Origin: Gracilinanus agilis
Lineage: Eukaryota
Assembly (NCBI RefSeq): GCF_016433145.1
Contig: NC_058132.1
Span: forward strand, 90,225,423-90,289,422
Direction of reading: 5' to 3'
Length of the DNA stretch: 64,000 bases
Numbering within the stretch: position 1 is the first letter of the stretch; each line of letters starts with the position of its first letter. Below are positions 22,578-35,140 of the stretch, piece by piece. The notes under the pieces are model-generated. The model was given only the letters and a program-made list of their open reading frames with translations. It was not told the origin of the DNA and searched no databases. Both the position numbers and the translations under genes were made by a program.

Positions 22578-24829
22578 CACTTGCTTTTTCCATACAAACA
22601 GGAGACAGGAAGGAATTTTCCATTGATGGGATTTTTTCAAGATAGTATTATAGAACCTTTAAAATAGAAAAAATCTTAGAAGTCATCATCTAGTCAGTTC
22701 ATTCACCACCCAATGATGAAACACTCTTTGATATAATCTCTTAAAGATGAAAACCTGCTCTTGCTTTGATCTCCTCCAATTACAGATATGTTACTGTCCC
22801 TCAATAGTCACTTTAATTTAAGCTAGGCATTTAAAAAATAAATGACTTCCTTACATTCCTCCCAATTTTTCTGAATTCTGATTTTGCCACAACAAACACT
22901 GAGTCTTTATGTTTTATACAACACCCCCAGTGAGTTAATTTATTCCCAGAGCCATGGCTCTTCACTGATGTAGATGAAGTTGTTTCTGAAATTTTTTTCA
23001 AAGGGAAAGTGATGGTTCCAGAATTCTATGAAAAAACTAGAATATGAATAAATCATCTCAGTAATTACTATCACTGAATTTTAGTTCAGACCTGAATTGA
23101 AGTTCACCAAATTGAATGTTCCAATTCAGTTCTGAATTTTATATTTTTAATAACTACCGATTGCTCATGATAATACAACATTTTCATGATACATAACAAT
23201 TTTCACACTTGTGAAAGTAGCACAGTACTAATCTGAATTTAAAGAACTATATATATGCTAACTATTATTCTTTTGATAGAGTAGCCTTCTTTACTGATTT
23301 TTCTTAAAACTTGCCAGTTTTAAAATCCTTTTTAATTTAATTATAACTATTCTATGATGCTTGGGTTATTAGTATATTAGAATCCTACAACCTCAAAGGT
23401 GAAAGGGACTTTCTTCCAAATCTTCTATTGCTTCTGTTTCACCATACAATCTTTCTTAATTCAAATTGGGTCCACAGAAGTACCAAAGTCTGATCTTCCT
23501 TTACCTTCTATCATAAAATCATTTACAATGCAAAGGTATCTTCAGGTTTCAGGATGTTACATTCTATATTTTAAAACAATTCTCTACAAGTTTGATATGG
23601 TGGAAATTATTAACTAACAAATAAGCAAAAAACTCTGAAATTAAATTGAATGATTTATAAAGGACTGTTTGTGTCACTTAAAAAGATGAAATGTTAATGA
23701 AACTTTTCTGGTGGAAATATATTACACAAAATAAAGTCTAAATGCAATTATTGAATCAAATTAAATGAATGGAATAGAATTGAATACCTCTCCTGACTAT
23801 ATAAAGACTAAAGAATCATAGGGTAAATTATATGAATTTATGTAAGTGGAAGCCTCCAGCTTGAGGAGTCAGAACTATTGAATCAGAGATTTGGAAGGAA
23901 ACTCTAGTCGTATTTTAGAAAGCTACCTGAACATCAAAATCTCTCTATGATATTACAGACAAAATACTGAAAAATGACTTGTTCATCTAGAATATCTCCA
24001 GAAACAAGAACCATCCAAACCATTCTATTTTTAGGTAGTTCTAATTGGTATTAATTACACACAAAAAATGCAGGAGACATGGAAATATGACAGATTTGTT
24101 ACATATAAATATATATACACATTAATATATACATAAATATGCATGTGCACATATATATGAATATATACCACATCTAAGAAGTCTCATTGCTAGTATAAGT
24201 TCCTAAAGTTTAAAACTGCACCAAGACTTTTTAACCATATATATACACATAAGTATTTATATACATATATGTATAAGCAATGAATATAGTATATAGGCAT
24301 GTATATATCTTCATACATTTATATATATAGATACATAGAAATCTTACAAAACAAGCCTCTTTAAAATAATATGGTGCATAATCAGTCTCACTTTCTTATC
24401 TAAAACTTCATATATATTTATATGGGTGTGCCTATTATATTTGCTAATGATTACTTTCACAATAAAAAGAAAATATTTTAAAAAATAATGCATCCTTTTT
24501 TTCAACAAAAATTCATTATTGTTGTACTTCAGGTCATAGGATAACAGATCCATAGCTGAAAGATACCTAAGAGATATGCATTTCTTAGGCAAGGAAACTC
24601 AGTCTCAGGAAAATTAAGTTGCCCAAAGTCACAGGTAAATATCAGAAGCAAGATTTAAAGCTAATGTCTCTGACTAGAACCAGTTGTCTTTTCCTTAAAC
24701 CACACTCTACCTATTGACTCTAATTCTGACAACTAGAACTAAACAGAATTCAATTCGGTAAACAATCATTAAAGAATTACTACATATAGAGCACTTTGCT
24801 TGGTGCAAAGTTTAAATCAAATATATTCA

Positions 24830-25220
24830 CTACCCTCATGGAGTTAATTGTCCAGTAACACAATAAGTGTAGTCCTCTTTCACATGATCACCATTCACAT
24901 ATTTGAATACACATAGAATGATCCAAGCCTCTACATCTTTTCTTCTTTTGACTAAACACCTGGTATGTGTTTTGTTTCCAATCTCACCCTCCTGGTCACC
25001 TTCCTCTAGATATGCCACTTTTCAGCATCATTCTTAAAAACTTTGTGTATAGTGTTCCAGATGTGTTGAAAAAAAGCAAAGGTGAGATCAGTGTTCTCCC
25101 TTTTACTGGATGTTGTGCCTCATGTCCTACTCTAAACAATGGGTTTGCATTTCTGATTTTGGAACCATTTCATCTATTCATAATACCAAATATTGAAAAA
25201 TGTATGTAGGAATAAATTCC
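24830..25220 (-). mobile_element. CR1/L3 fragment
   Basis: CCTGGTCACCTTCCTCTAGATATGCCACTTTTCAGCATCATTCTTAAAA...TTCCAGATGTG, a reverse L3 series. Confidence 0.65.
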
Positions 25221-25289
25221 CATGAAGTCTCAACCCATTATATCCTGATATATATCATGAGTTCAGTGGTTCATTCCTAGATTCCTCTT

Positions 25290-25820
25290 TACTAAATTCA
25301 ACCAATCAAACAAAAAGCATTTATTCAGCACCTACTATATACCAGGCACTATCTAAGTACTACAGATATAAAGAATTAAAAGTAGCCTCTGTGCTCAAGG
25401 AATTAACATACTAAGAAAATATATAATGTATAAACAGGATATATTGTTAAATATATACATATTTAAAATTTTATTTATAAAATATATAAATAAAAGAAAG
25501 TTTTCTAGAATTTATTTTTCATCTGACTAGCATTTATTAAAAATCTACTAAATGCCAAGTGCTCTGTTAAGCACTGGAAGCTAGTAGTTGGGTTGGTGGG
25601 GATCAGAAAAGGATTAATAAAAAATATGGTACTTAAGGAGATTGAAAAAAAAACCCGAGAAGTAGAAATAAAGAAAGAGAGTATTCCAGATTTGTGGGAA
25701 ATGTAGACAATGAGACTGAGCATTTGGTGGGAGCAACAAACAGCAGACCATCAAGGCTGTAGAGAACTGTGGAGGATAGTGCATTTATAAGAAAACCAGA
25801 AAAGTTAGAAGGGACCATTG
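25290..25820 (-). mobile_element. Two L2 3'-end fragments
   Basis: AAGCATTTATTCAGCACCTACTAT...CCAGGCACT and AGCATTTATTAAAAATCTACT...GCCAAGTGCTCTG. Confidence 0.7.
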
Positions 25821-26094
25821 AAATTAATTTAATTCTCATAATTTATTTACTTATTCAATTTGTTTCAAATTTCCTTCTCTACCATGACCAAGGATGGAAG
25901 CCTAAGATGTCAATCATTTCTGATAAGATAGAAAAGAATAATAATTGAACATGCTTGAATAATTGAAAACAAATTGAATCATAATATATAAATATATTTA
26001 GGCAGGGAGATATAGGTAGAAAATAATACAAAACCTTCCCTACTTAATAAATCACAAAGTCTCCAAGTGCTACCAGAGTGTAGTTGCACAGAAA

Positions 26095-26275
26095 ACCCCA
26101 TTGGATAAAGGCTTCCCTTGGGAAAATGACTCCAGCCAGGCTGACTCATGGCTCTTTATAAATATTTGTCATTCTGAGAACCCAATGGGATTTCCATCCC
26201 CAGGTTTTTGCCCACCACTTTGTTAAGATAAGAGACTCTCCTTACATCCCTTTCCAGTGGATGGCCACAGTAAGT
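26095..26275 (+). promoter_or_regulatory. Candidate promoter and first exon of OR 3
   Basis: Perfect EBF palindrome TTCCCTTGGGAA (26113-26124), TGACTCA (26142-26148), TATAAATA (26157-26164), donor ACA|GTAAGT at 26270. Confidence 0.65.
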
Positions 26276-28618
26276 GTTTTGGGGTGCTAAGAGCTAAGAG
26301 CATGTGTTAATATTAAAAAGTTGAAGATAGAAACTCAGCAACATAAAAAAGTTGGATGTTAAACATGAAGAATTTCTTATGAGAAAAGTTCAAAGCAACC
26401 AATTTTTAAATGAACAAAGGAAGGGTCAGGGAGGAAACAAGCTACAATGGAGATACCAGTTGATCTGGGATCTAATCCTGGCTCTGTCTTAATATTTGTC
26501 ACTTTGGGCACGTGACAAGTTCTCTGTACTTTTGTTCCTTCATTTGTTAAATCACAGGATTGGAATTAAAAAAAAAACATTCCATCTCTAGGGATCTCTT
26601 TCTCTTTTAAATCCTTGAAAAAGGAGAAAGCCCCACATGGTATTTATGGTTCAGGAGGGCATGTTTGAGCCAAATAATAAACTATGGATCCTTCCATTAT
26701 TTCTTTTGAATTTGATTCTAGATCTGAGAAACTATCAAAAGATCAGAGGGTAGACTTTGATGGAATAGAATAGAGGGAAATGTTTTATTAAGAGCTATCC
26801 AATAAAGGCATAATCTTTCTTATGAAGAGAAATGGAAGTGAAATAATCGTGTACAATGTGCCAGATACTGTCCAAATACTTTCACAAGAATTATCTATTT
26901 TGATTCTCATAACAACACAGCAAGGTAGGTGATTTTATTATTCCCATTTTAGGGTTAAGAAAACTGGGCACACAAGTTAAGTGACTTGCCCATGGCCACA
27001 CAGCTTGTAAGTGTCTGAAGCCAGATTTGAACTCAAATCTTCCTGATTCTGGACTTAGCTTTCTATTCACTAGGTCATCTAGTTACTTGAATTATGAACC
27101 ATTTCATTCATAGACCTAAAGGCTAGATTATTTGGAATAACTGCCACATGTTCAGAGTATGATGAAGCCTAGAGAGGGGAAGTACCTTGCTCAATGCTAC
27201 CCAACACAGACAGTAAGTATGAGAATCAGAGTGCAAGTCTAGGTCATTTGAAGATTCATCCCTGTGATTTTTTGCAAGATACTAAAGATGACAGAATCTC
27301 AGAGGTGGGAGGGAACTCAGAAGCCACCTGTAAGGATCTTTATCTGAATAGAAATCACCTTTCTTAAGCTGTCAGTTCCTTTAAGTGGTCATTGAAGTTC
27401 TGTTTGAAGGTCTCTATTAGAGAGACAAATGGAAAAACCTATTCTCTCTCAAGGCAGTACATTCTACTTTTGGACAGCTCTGAGTGCTATGAAGTTTTTC
27501 TCCATTTTTAGGCTACATTTTCCTGCTTCACTTTGCATCTGTCGTTCCAACCTCTGTTCTCTTCAGCCAAACAGGAAAAAAAATCCCTCTTCTGTAGGAC
27601 AATCCCTAAAATATTAATATCTCTAAGATCAAGCTAGAAGGGCCCTCCAACTTTATCTAATCCAAAAACCTTAAGGATTAAAACAGCAGACACTCTTAAG
27701 TCTTTCAAAGATGTTAATTTTGGTGATGTTACAGAATGAAGCAAACACATGCAAATGTGGCTAATATAGGAATTTATTTTCTCAAATATGTAAGAGTGTT
27801 TTTCTTAACTATATTACTAATTATATGAATATTCTGAAAACTATCATAGGAGGTTTTTTTTTCTTTCAGGGGAAAATGAGGATGGAGAGAAAAATAAATA
27901 GTTGTTAACTATAAAAGGAAAAATTAATAAATATAAATGAAGAAACTCTAGAGAAGTTGAGCAACTAGTCCAAGTCTCACAGTATTCAAATACAGATCTG
28001 TGGACTCAAAATCCAATATTCCTTCCACATCATGTTGCTGGGAGATTACTGTTATACCCCAATGAATTTTTTTACATTGTCACGGTCAACATCTCTACTT
28101 TTTCAATAGAATGTTTTTCTATGTTTTATCTATTTTCAGTAGTGTGCTGCCAATTCCCTGATTGCCCTCCAGTGAACATGTCCCTCAAAAGGGAGCATTC
28201 AGAATTAGATATACCTCTTTTGATGTTATTTTAGATATATACATATCTCCCAGATATTTAAGATATCAGCATATCCTCTGTACTAGAGGAATGAAAAATC
28301 AAATCAAGTTCCATTTTCCTATAGTGCTTAAAATCAGAAGGCTGTAGAGGGGAACATTAGTAGAGACTAAATGCCATTCCTATAGTCTCTATCCCTCCCC
28401 ACCCCCAAACCATATGGAGGAGCAGAAAACGAAAGGGACTTCATCTGATTGGGGAAGAGAAGAGACAAAGAAAAAGGGAGGGAAGAAGAATTTTGAGAGA
28501 AAAAGGAATCTTACTTGGCAATAAGTTCGAAGAGAGAGGGATGATTAGAAAACCAAACAAAAGGTTTTAAAGAGGAGGTAAAGAAGTTCCAGAAGAACCT
28601 GAGTATTCGTGATGTATC

Positions 28619-28619
<1 letters not shown>

Positions 28620-28660
<41 letters not shown>
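28620..28660. repeat. (CAGA)n microsatellite
   Basis: About ten direct units. Confidence 0.98.
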
Positions 28661-28661
<1 letters not shown>

Positions 28662-28830
28662 CATAACCACACATATGCTTGTGGCAAGGAGGGGGAAGAA
28701 GTAGAAAAGGAGTGTGTGAGTCCAAGTGCAGGTAATATGCATAGTTAGTCATTTATGTTTTACCGTACTAAAACTAACCTTCTCTTTTTAGGGCATTTTG
28801 TTACAAAAGAATTCTCTTTCCATAATCATC

Positions 28831-29781
28831 ATGTCTTACCATCCTAATAACACTGCCTCTTCTTTGATCTTCCTCCTGACTGGCGTTCCTGGACTTGAAG
28901 ATGCTCATGCCTGGCTCTCTATCCCCTTTTGCTGCCTCTACCTAACAGCTCTCTCTGGGAATGGCATGATCCTGTTTGTTATTATCACTGAGTCAAGCCT
29001 CCATGAACCAATGTACTATTTCCTTTCCATGCTGTCTACTACTGACCTGGGCTTGTGCATTTCTACATTGGTCACTATGCTGGGCATATTCTGGTTCAAC
29101 GCCAGAGAGATAAGTTTCCATGCCTGTGTGGCCCAGACATTCTTCATCCAACTCTTCACTGTCATGGAATCCTCAGTGCTTCTGGCCATGGCCTTTGATC
29201 GTTTCGTCGCTATCTGTAACCCACTGCGATATGCCACCATCTTAACAGACTCCCGCATCATCCAAGTCTGGTTTGTGATCCTCTTTAGAGGGACGGTGAT
29301 ACTAATGCCTCTGGTACTGCTTCTGAAACGCCTGTCCTTCTGTCGCAGCCACGTGCTGCACCATTCCTACTGCTTCCATCCCGACATTATCCAACTCTCT
29401 TGCTCAGACAATAAAATCAACAGTGCTCTCGGACTAACTGCCCTCATCGTCACTGCAGGTGTGGATTCCGTCTTCATCCTGCTCTCCTACGTTCTGATCA
29501 TTAAGACCGTCCTAAGCATCGCCTCTCCAGAGGAGCGGCGCAAAGCTTTCAGCACGTGCATCTCCCACATCGGGGCTGTAGCCATCTTCTACATCCCCTT
29601 AATCAGCTTGTGCTTTGTCCATAGATTTGGGAAACGAGCCCCGCCATATGTACACACTCTCATGGCCAACGTGTACCTACTCATCCCCCCGGTTATGAAT
29701 CCCATTATCTACAGCGTGAAGACCAAGCAGATCCGCAAAGCCATTCATAAAGTTCTTCTTCCCAAGGGAAGCCACATTTGA
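28831..29781 (+). CDS. OR51F-like: Class I olfactory receptor, family 51 (OR51F-like), 316 aa from the first in-exon ATG (OR 3)
   Basis: Intact ORF with all class I motifs; sequon NNT; branch point ACTAAC (28773-28778) and acceptor TTTTTAG ending at 28791. Confidence 0.96.
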   Translation: MSYHPNNTASSLIFLLTGVPGLEDAHAWLSIPFCCLYLTALSGNGMILFVIITESSLHEPMYYFLSMLSTTDLGLCISTLVTMLGIFWFNAREISFHACVAQTFFIQLFTVMESSVLLAMAFDRFVAICNPLRYATILTDSRIIQVWFVILFRGTVILMPLVLLLKRLSFCRSHVLHHSYCFHPDIIQLSCSDNKINSALGLTALIVTAGVDSVFILLSYVLIIKTVLSIASPEERRKAFSTCISHIGAVAIFYIPLISLCFVHRFGKRAPPYVHTLMANVYLLIPPVMNPIIYSVKTKQIRKAIHKVLLPKGSHI

Positions 29782-30635
29782 CACTGATTTCTGTCCCCAT
29801 ATATCTGAAGGAGTTGTGGCTTCTAATGAAATCTCGTGTATAGGCTTAGTCATAAATTGTGAAATGGGATGTTAGCTCTGCTCTGAAGTGGAGCAGAGGA
29901 AATGTAACAAAGTTAGGTGCTTCCCCTTGTTGTCGACAAGGCAATTATTATCCTTCTGAACTAAACATAAGGGATGAACAAAGGGGAAAAAAGGGTGAAT
30001 GACAGGACTTATAATAAAGGTCTGCGCATAGAATGAAGACTGTTATATACTCAATACATTGTCTATTGGATGAAGTCCAAACTCCTTAATGTAGCATTCA
30101 AAAGTCAACACTTAGCTGATTACCTGGTAAATAGTAGGTACTTAGTCGTTGTTATTTGTCTGACAAAATGATCCACAATCTAGTAAGCTGGTATCTCTCA
30201 TGGGAGATAATTATCCATTAGGATGACCAAACTCATAGTGGGGCTGATTATATCTTTCTTGGCTTCTTATTCATATTTGTTCACTTCCTGTTTGCCTCTG
30301 TCTGTTTGTCTTTATGATTCTGGCTCTGTCTCTGTCTCCATCTGCCTATCTGTTTGTCTGTTTTGCTCTCTCCAGCTAGGTGGAGCAATGGATAGAGTGC
30401 CTGGCCCAGGGTTAGGAAATCCTGAGAGTTCACAGTAATTGTTCACCTGGTGACTGCCATGTAGTACCTGGCACATAATAAGCACATAACAAAGGGTTTT
30501 TGTTTTTTCCCCCTTGATCCTTTCCTAAATGTTCATTAATCATTCCTTAAATTAAACAATCTAGAATATTTCATCAGGAAGTGAAGTCATACTTAGGGTT
30601 TTGTAGTTTTGGGACTTCATTTATTTCCTTCTCTG

Positions 30636-30640
<5 letters not shown>

Positions 30641-30667
<27 letters not shown>
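30641..30667. repeat. Poly(A) tract, 27 nt
   Basis: Direct reading. Confidence 0.95.
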
Positions 30668-30671
<4 letters not shown>

Positions 30672-30923
30672 GCCATTCCTGAGGCATTTATCTTACTGTT
30701 TCCAAACTTTCAAAGATAAACTGATAGATGCATGACCTTGATCAAATCATTGTAATTGGCTGAGCCTCTATTTTCTTACCTGAAAAATGGGGGGTGGAGT
30801 TAGTGGCAGCATATTAAGACTTAATATTCAATTTAGAGGATTCTCGTGGGACTCATGTAAAATGAATGAATATCAAAATATTTTATTTTCTAAATGGTAA
30901 TGCCCTCTGCCTACACTATAGAT

Positions 30924-31135
30924 CAGGGGTCGGCAACCTTTTTGGCCATGAGAGCCATAAACGCCACATTTTTTAAAATGTAATTTCTTGAGAGCCGTAC
31001 AGTGCTCACAGTGCCGCTCCTGTAACAGGGCCTAAAAAAAAAAAAAAATTGACTTTATGGCTCCTGCAGAAAGAGTCATATCTGGCCCTCGAAAGAGCCA
31101 GAAATGGCTCGAGAGCCATACATTGCCAACCCCTG
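30924..31135. mobile_element. hAT MITE, 212 bp, TIR CAGGGGTCGGCAAC
   Basis: TIRs CAGGGGTCGGCAAC / ATTGCCAACCCCTG; perfect TSD CTATAGAT (30916-30923, 31136-31143). Confidence 0.95.
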
Positions 31136-31640
31136 CTATAGATCATTAGCCTTTATTAGACGGTCCCATTTTTCTAACACTTTATTGTTCTCGAACTACT
31201 CTGCATTCTATGTTATCTCATTTAATTCTAAAATTTGTTCTGCATTGGCAGGACTCCTACAGCATCATTAATTTCCAGAAAGGTGACCAGAAAATGTGTC
31301 ATTTGTTTGAACCTCCCAACAACTCTGTGAAGTAGGGTCTATTGTCTCTATTTTAATGTTGAGGAAACTGAGGCAAACAGAGGTTATGCAAATTGCTCAG
31401 AATCACACAGCTAGTGAGTATCTGAGGCTGGATTTGAACTTATATTTCTTTTTTGCTCCAACCTCAGTGCTCTAGCTACTACTTCATTAGCTGCCTCTAA
31501 GCAGAGAGAATTTTTCCAAGTAGAATATGAAAGAGAGTTACAAATAAAATTACAAATTTCTATTATTTACAACTTGATTTTATGCACATACATATGTGTT
31601 TGTCTCTCTATATATATGCATACATATATGTATTGGAATG

Positions 31641-32180
31641 TATGGGGTTTGCAGGGAAGACTAGCACCTCTGGTGTAAAGGCTTGCTGAATTTTTTTCAG
31701 TGTTGCTCATCTACCTTTGGTGTCTGCCTTTCACCCAACTCTCTCCTCTCTCATCTGTGGTTTCAAGAAGCTGTAGCATGCACAGTGGCCATACCCTAGT
31801 AAAACTGTCTTGTTGGGCAGACTAGACAAGGTTGAGGGTAATCAATAGGTCTCACACCCTTCAATAGGTTAGGTGAATATCTGCCCCAAGCATGTAAAGA
31901 CCCTTGCAGAATGGGTGCATGAGAACAATTTGTTCCAACAGCCGTGAAGGCTGCTGGAAAATGCACTGTGAATCATTTATTTAGTGCTGCTTGGTCAGAC
32001 ATTGAAGATGGCAAGGTCATCATGCCTTGTATCTTGCTACTGGTCTTTGACAATTCTAGAAGAGAAGGTGAGGTTGACAGCTTTGTGTAACTGCCTCATT
32101 TAAATACAATTAACTCAAATGTCAAGACATCACTCCATAATGAATGTCACTGGACTTCTTCAAAATGGAGGATGAACAAT
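31641..32180 (+). mobile_element. RTE-related SINE (MAR2/RTE-SINE type)
   Basis: Homologous along its length to 15858-16412; ends GGAGGATGAACAAT. Confidence 0.8.
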
Positions 32181-32459
32181 ATATGTCTGTATGTGTGTGT
32201 TTATGTATGTGTATAAATGCAAATATATATGTAAAAATTTAACAGGTTACTTTAAAAACTGACCTACTTGTCTATTTTTGCTTCTTTAGTACCTTGAGTG
32301 AAATTTGAAATTAATCAGTGACTCTTTTCTCTCTTGTTTTAAAATAACAATATAATTTCTGTTTTTCTTCCCATGAAATCTTCCAGTGAGAAAAGATATA
32401 AAAAATACAATCCTTGTAGCATATAGGCAAAATAAACTCACACATTTGCCACATAAAAC

Positions 32460-33230
32460 CTGATGCATCTTTTTTTCATTTTAAGTTTTTTTATTCCCCT
32501 TCCTGGAGAGAGTTAGAATGTTTCCTCATGAGCCTTCTGGAATTCTGGTTGGTCATTACATTTATCAGAGCCTTAAATCTTTCAAAACAATTTTTTTTAC
32601 AATGTTGTTAAGGTATCAAATTTTTCTCCTGGCTATTCTCATTTCTTTATGCTTTGGAACATACAAATCTCTCTAAATTTCTCCAAAATCATCCCTTTCA
32701 TGATTTCTTACAGCAATATGATATTCCATTATATTCAGATACTATAGTTTGTTTACCATGTCATAATTTATGGATACTTCTTAGATATTTATTACACTGT
32801 AAAAAGCTAATATATATTAACATATATATATATACATATATATATATAGTTTTTTAACATGGGTACTTTTATTCTTTCATTTCTTTCACATACAGACTTA
32901 AAAGTGGTATTGGTAGATCAATGAGTATAATGTTTTATGAATATTTTTTTCCAAATTGCTTTACCAAATATAGGGACCAATTCATAATTTTATCATCAGT
33001 TGAGTGTGCTTACCTTCCTGAAGTGTCTCCAACTTTGTAATTTTCCTTTTTTGTGTGATTTTTGCCAATATGATAAGTATGAAGTAGAATTTTAGATATG
33101 TTTTCATTTGTAGTTTGCTAATTATTAATAATTTAAACTATTCTTTTATATGACTACCAAATAGCTTGACTTTCTTCCTTTGAGGATTAGAGCTTAGATC
33201 CTTTGCACATTTTTATCTGTTGGGGAAGTT
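32460..33230 (-). mobile_element. Old L1 3' end
   Basis: T-rich tail near 32470, reverse 3'UTR and ORF2-end motifs (CATATGACTACCAAATAGCTTGACTTTCTTCC). Confidence 0.75.
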
Positions 33231-33549
33231 CAATGAATGTGGTATATACAATAATTGTTATCTAAAATTTTAACATTTGCCACTTGTGTAACTTTAGCTA
33301 CATAAGTGAAGCATAGTAAACTGAACACTGGACTTGGAATCAAGGAATGGGGAATTAAGTATATGTGACTGTGGGTAAGTCATTAACCTCAAGTTCCATT
33401 ATGTATAAAATAAAGATATGCTACCCACCTCTTGGGATGCTTTTAAGTAGAGTATTTAAATGTGATGCATTAACAAACAAATAAATGGATGGATGGATGA
33501 TATAAGCAAAGTCTGATTGTCAGTGAAGTCAATACATATGGTATTTCAT

Positions 33550-35140
33550 CAATAGATTTAACTCCAAGAGATGGAAAATTAGGAAATTATTTTAAAAAAA
33601 GAAAAAGAAGCCTAGCCATATCAGATCATAAACTGTATTATAAATTAACAATCAAAACAATCTGGCACTGGCTAAGTAATAGAATAGTGGATCAAAATAA
33701 TCTAGTGTTTGATAAACCCAAAGAGTCAAGCTTTTGGGACAAGAACTCATTATCTGACAAAATCTTCTGAGAAAAGTGGAAAAAAAGTATGATAGAAAGT
33801 ACATATAGACCAACCTCTCACACATTATATCAAGATACAGTCAAAATGAGTACATTAATTAGAAATAAGGAGTGCTACCATAAACAAATTAGGGGAGTAT
33901 GGAATAGTTTACCTGTCAGATCTCTAGATTATGGAGGAATTTATGGCCAAACAAGAAGTAGACAGTATTACAAGATAGAAAATAAATAATTTTGATTACT
34001 TTACATTAAAAAGATTTTGTACAAACAAAACAAATGCAACCAAGATTAGAAGGAAAAGAAACCTGGGGGGAAATTGCATTGTGTCTCTGAAAAAGGCCTC
34101 ATTTAACAAATAATTGGGGAATAGAATCAAATCGATAAGAGTACAAGTCATTCTCCAGTTGCTAAATAGAGGATATGCAATTTTCAGATGAAGAAATAAA
34201 TGTTAGTCATAGCCATATGGAAAAATGCTCCAAATCACTCTTGGTTTTTAAAAAATGCAAATTAAAACAACTCCGATGTACCACCTCACATCTACCAGAT
34301 TAACCAATGTGACAAGAAAGCAAAATGGCAGATATTGGAGGGGATGTGGGAAAATTGATACACAAATGTACTGTTGATGGAGACATAAACTAAACCATTC
34401 TGGAGAGTAATTTGGAAATATGCCCAAAATGTTTTAAAATTGTTTTGTGCATACCTTTTGATCCAACAATGCCACTACTAGGCCTGTATCCCAAAGAGTT
34501 GCAAAAAAGGGAAAATCAACATAATAAAATAAAATTTTAAAAGGGAAAATAGTGTATTTGTGCAACAACGTTTACATTAAATTTGTTTGTGGTAGCAAAA
34601 AATTAGAAAATGAGATGTCCATCAATTGAGAAATGGCTCAACAGGTTCTGGTATATGATTGTAATGGAATATTTTTGTGCTATAATAAATGATGAACAGG
34701 AAGATTTCACAAAAAAATCCTGGAAAGGCTTATATGGAACTTATGTAGAGTGAAGTGAGCAGAACCAGCAGAACACTGTACAAAGTAATGATGAAAAACT
34801 GTGAATAATTTAGCAATTCTCAGTAATATGGTGCTTCAGGACAATCCAAAGAATTATTAAAAATGCTATCTGCCACCAGAGAAAGTACTGAAGGAATCTG
34901 CAGATAGAAGCATACCATTTTCACTTTATTCTCATTATGTGTCTTCTTCCACAATACGACAAATAAAGAAATATGTTTTGCATGATATCACATGTATAAC
35001 CAATGTCAAATTGCTTACTGTCTCAAGGAAAGAAAAAGGGAAAGAAAGAATATGAAACTCAAAATTTTAGAAAACAAATGCTAAAATTGATTTTTATATG
35101 TAATTTTAAAAATAGATAATATTACCAGTGAGAAAAAAGA
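33550..35140 (+). mobile_element. Old L1, ORF2 3' part plus 3'UTR
   Basis: CTAGTGTTTGATAAACCCAAAGAGTCAAGCTTTTGGGACAAGAAC...; CTAGGCCTGTATCCCAAAGAG; A-rich end. Confidence 0.85.

Noticed and set aside
23695-23708. TAATGA overlapping AAACTTTTC, the class I J-element motif (second 9-mer at 18604-18612, minus strand)
   Set aside because: A 9-mer of this composition is expected by chance in this window; both sites lie in repeat-like context with no neighbouring O/E site.
29876-29941. Short hairpins in the OR 3 3'UTR (8-bp and 6-bp arms)
   Set aside because: Arms this short are expected by chance.
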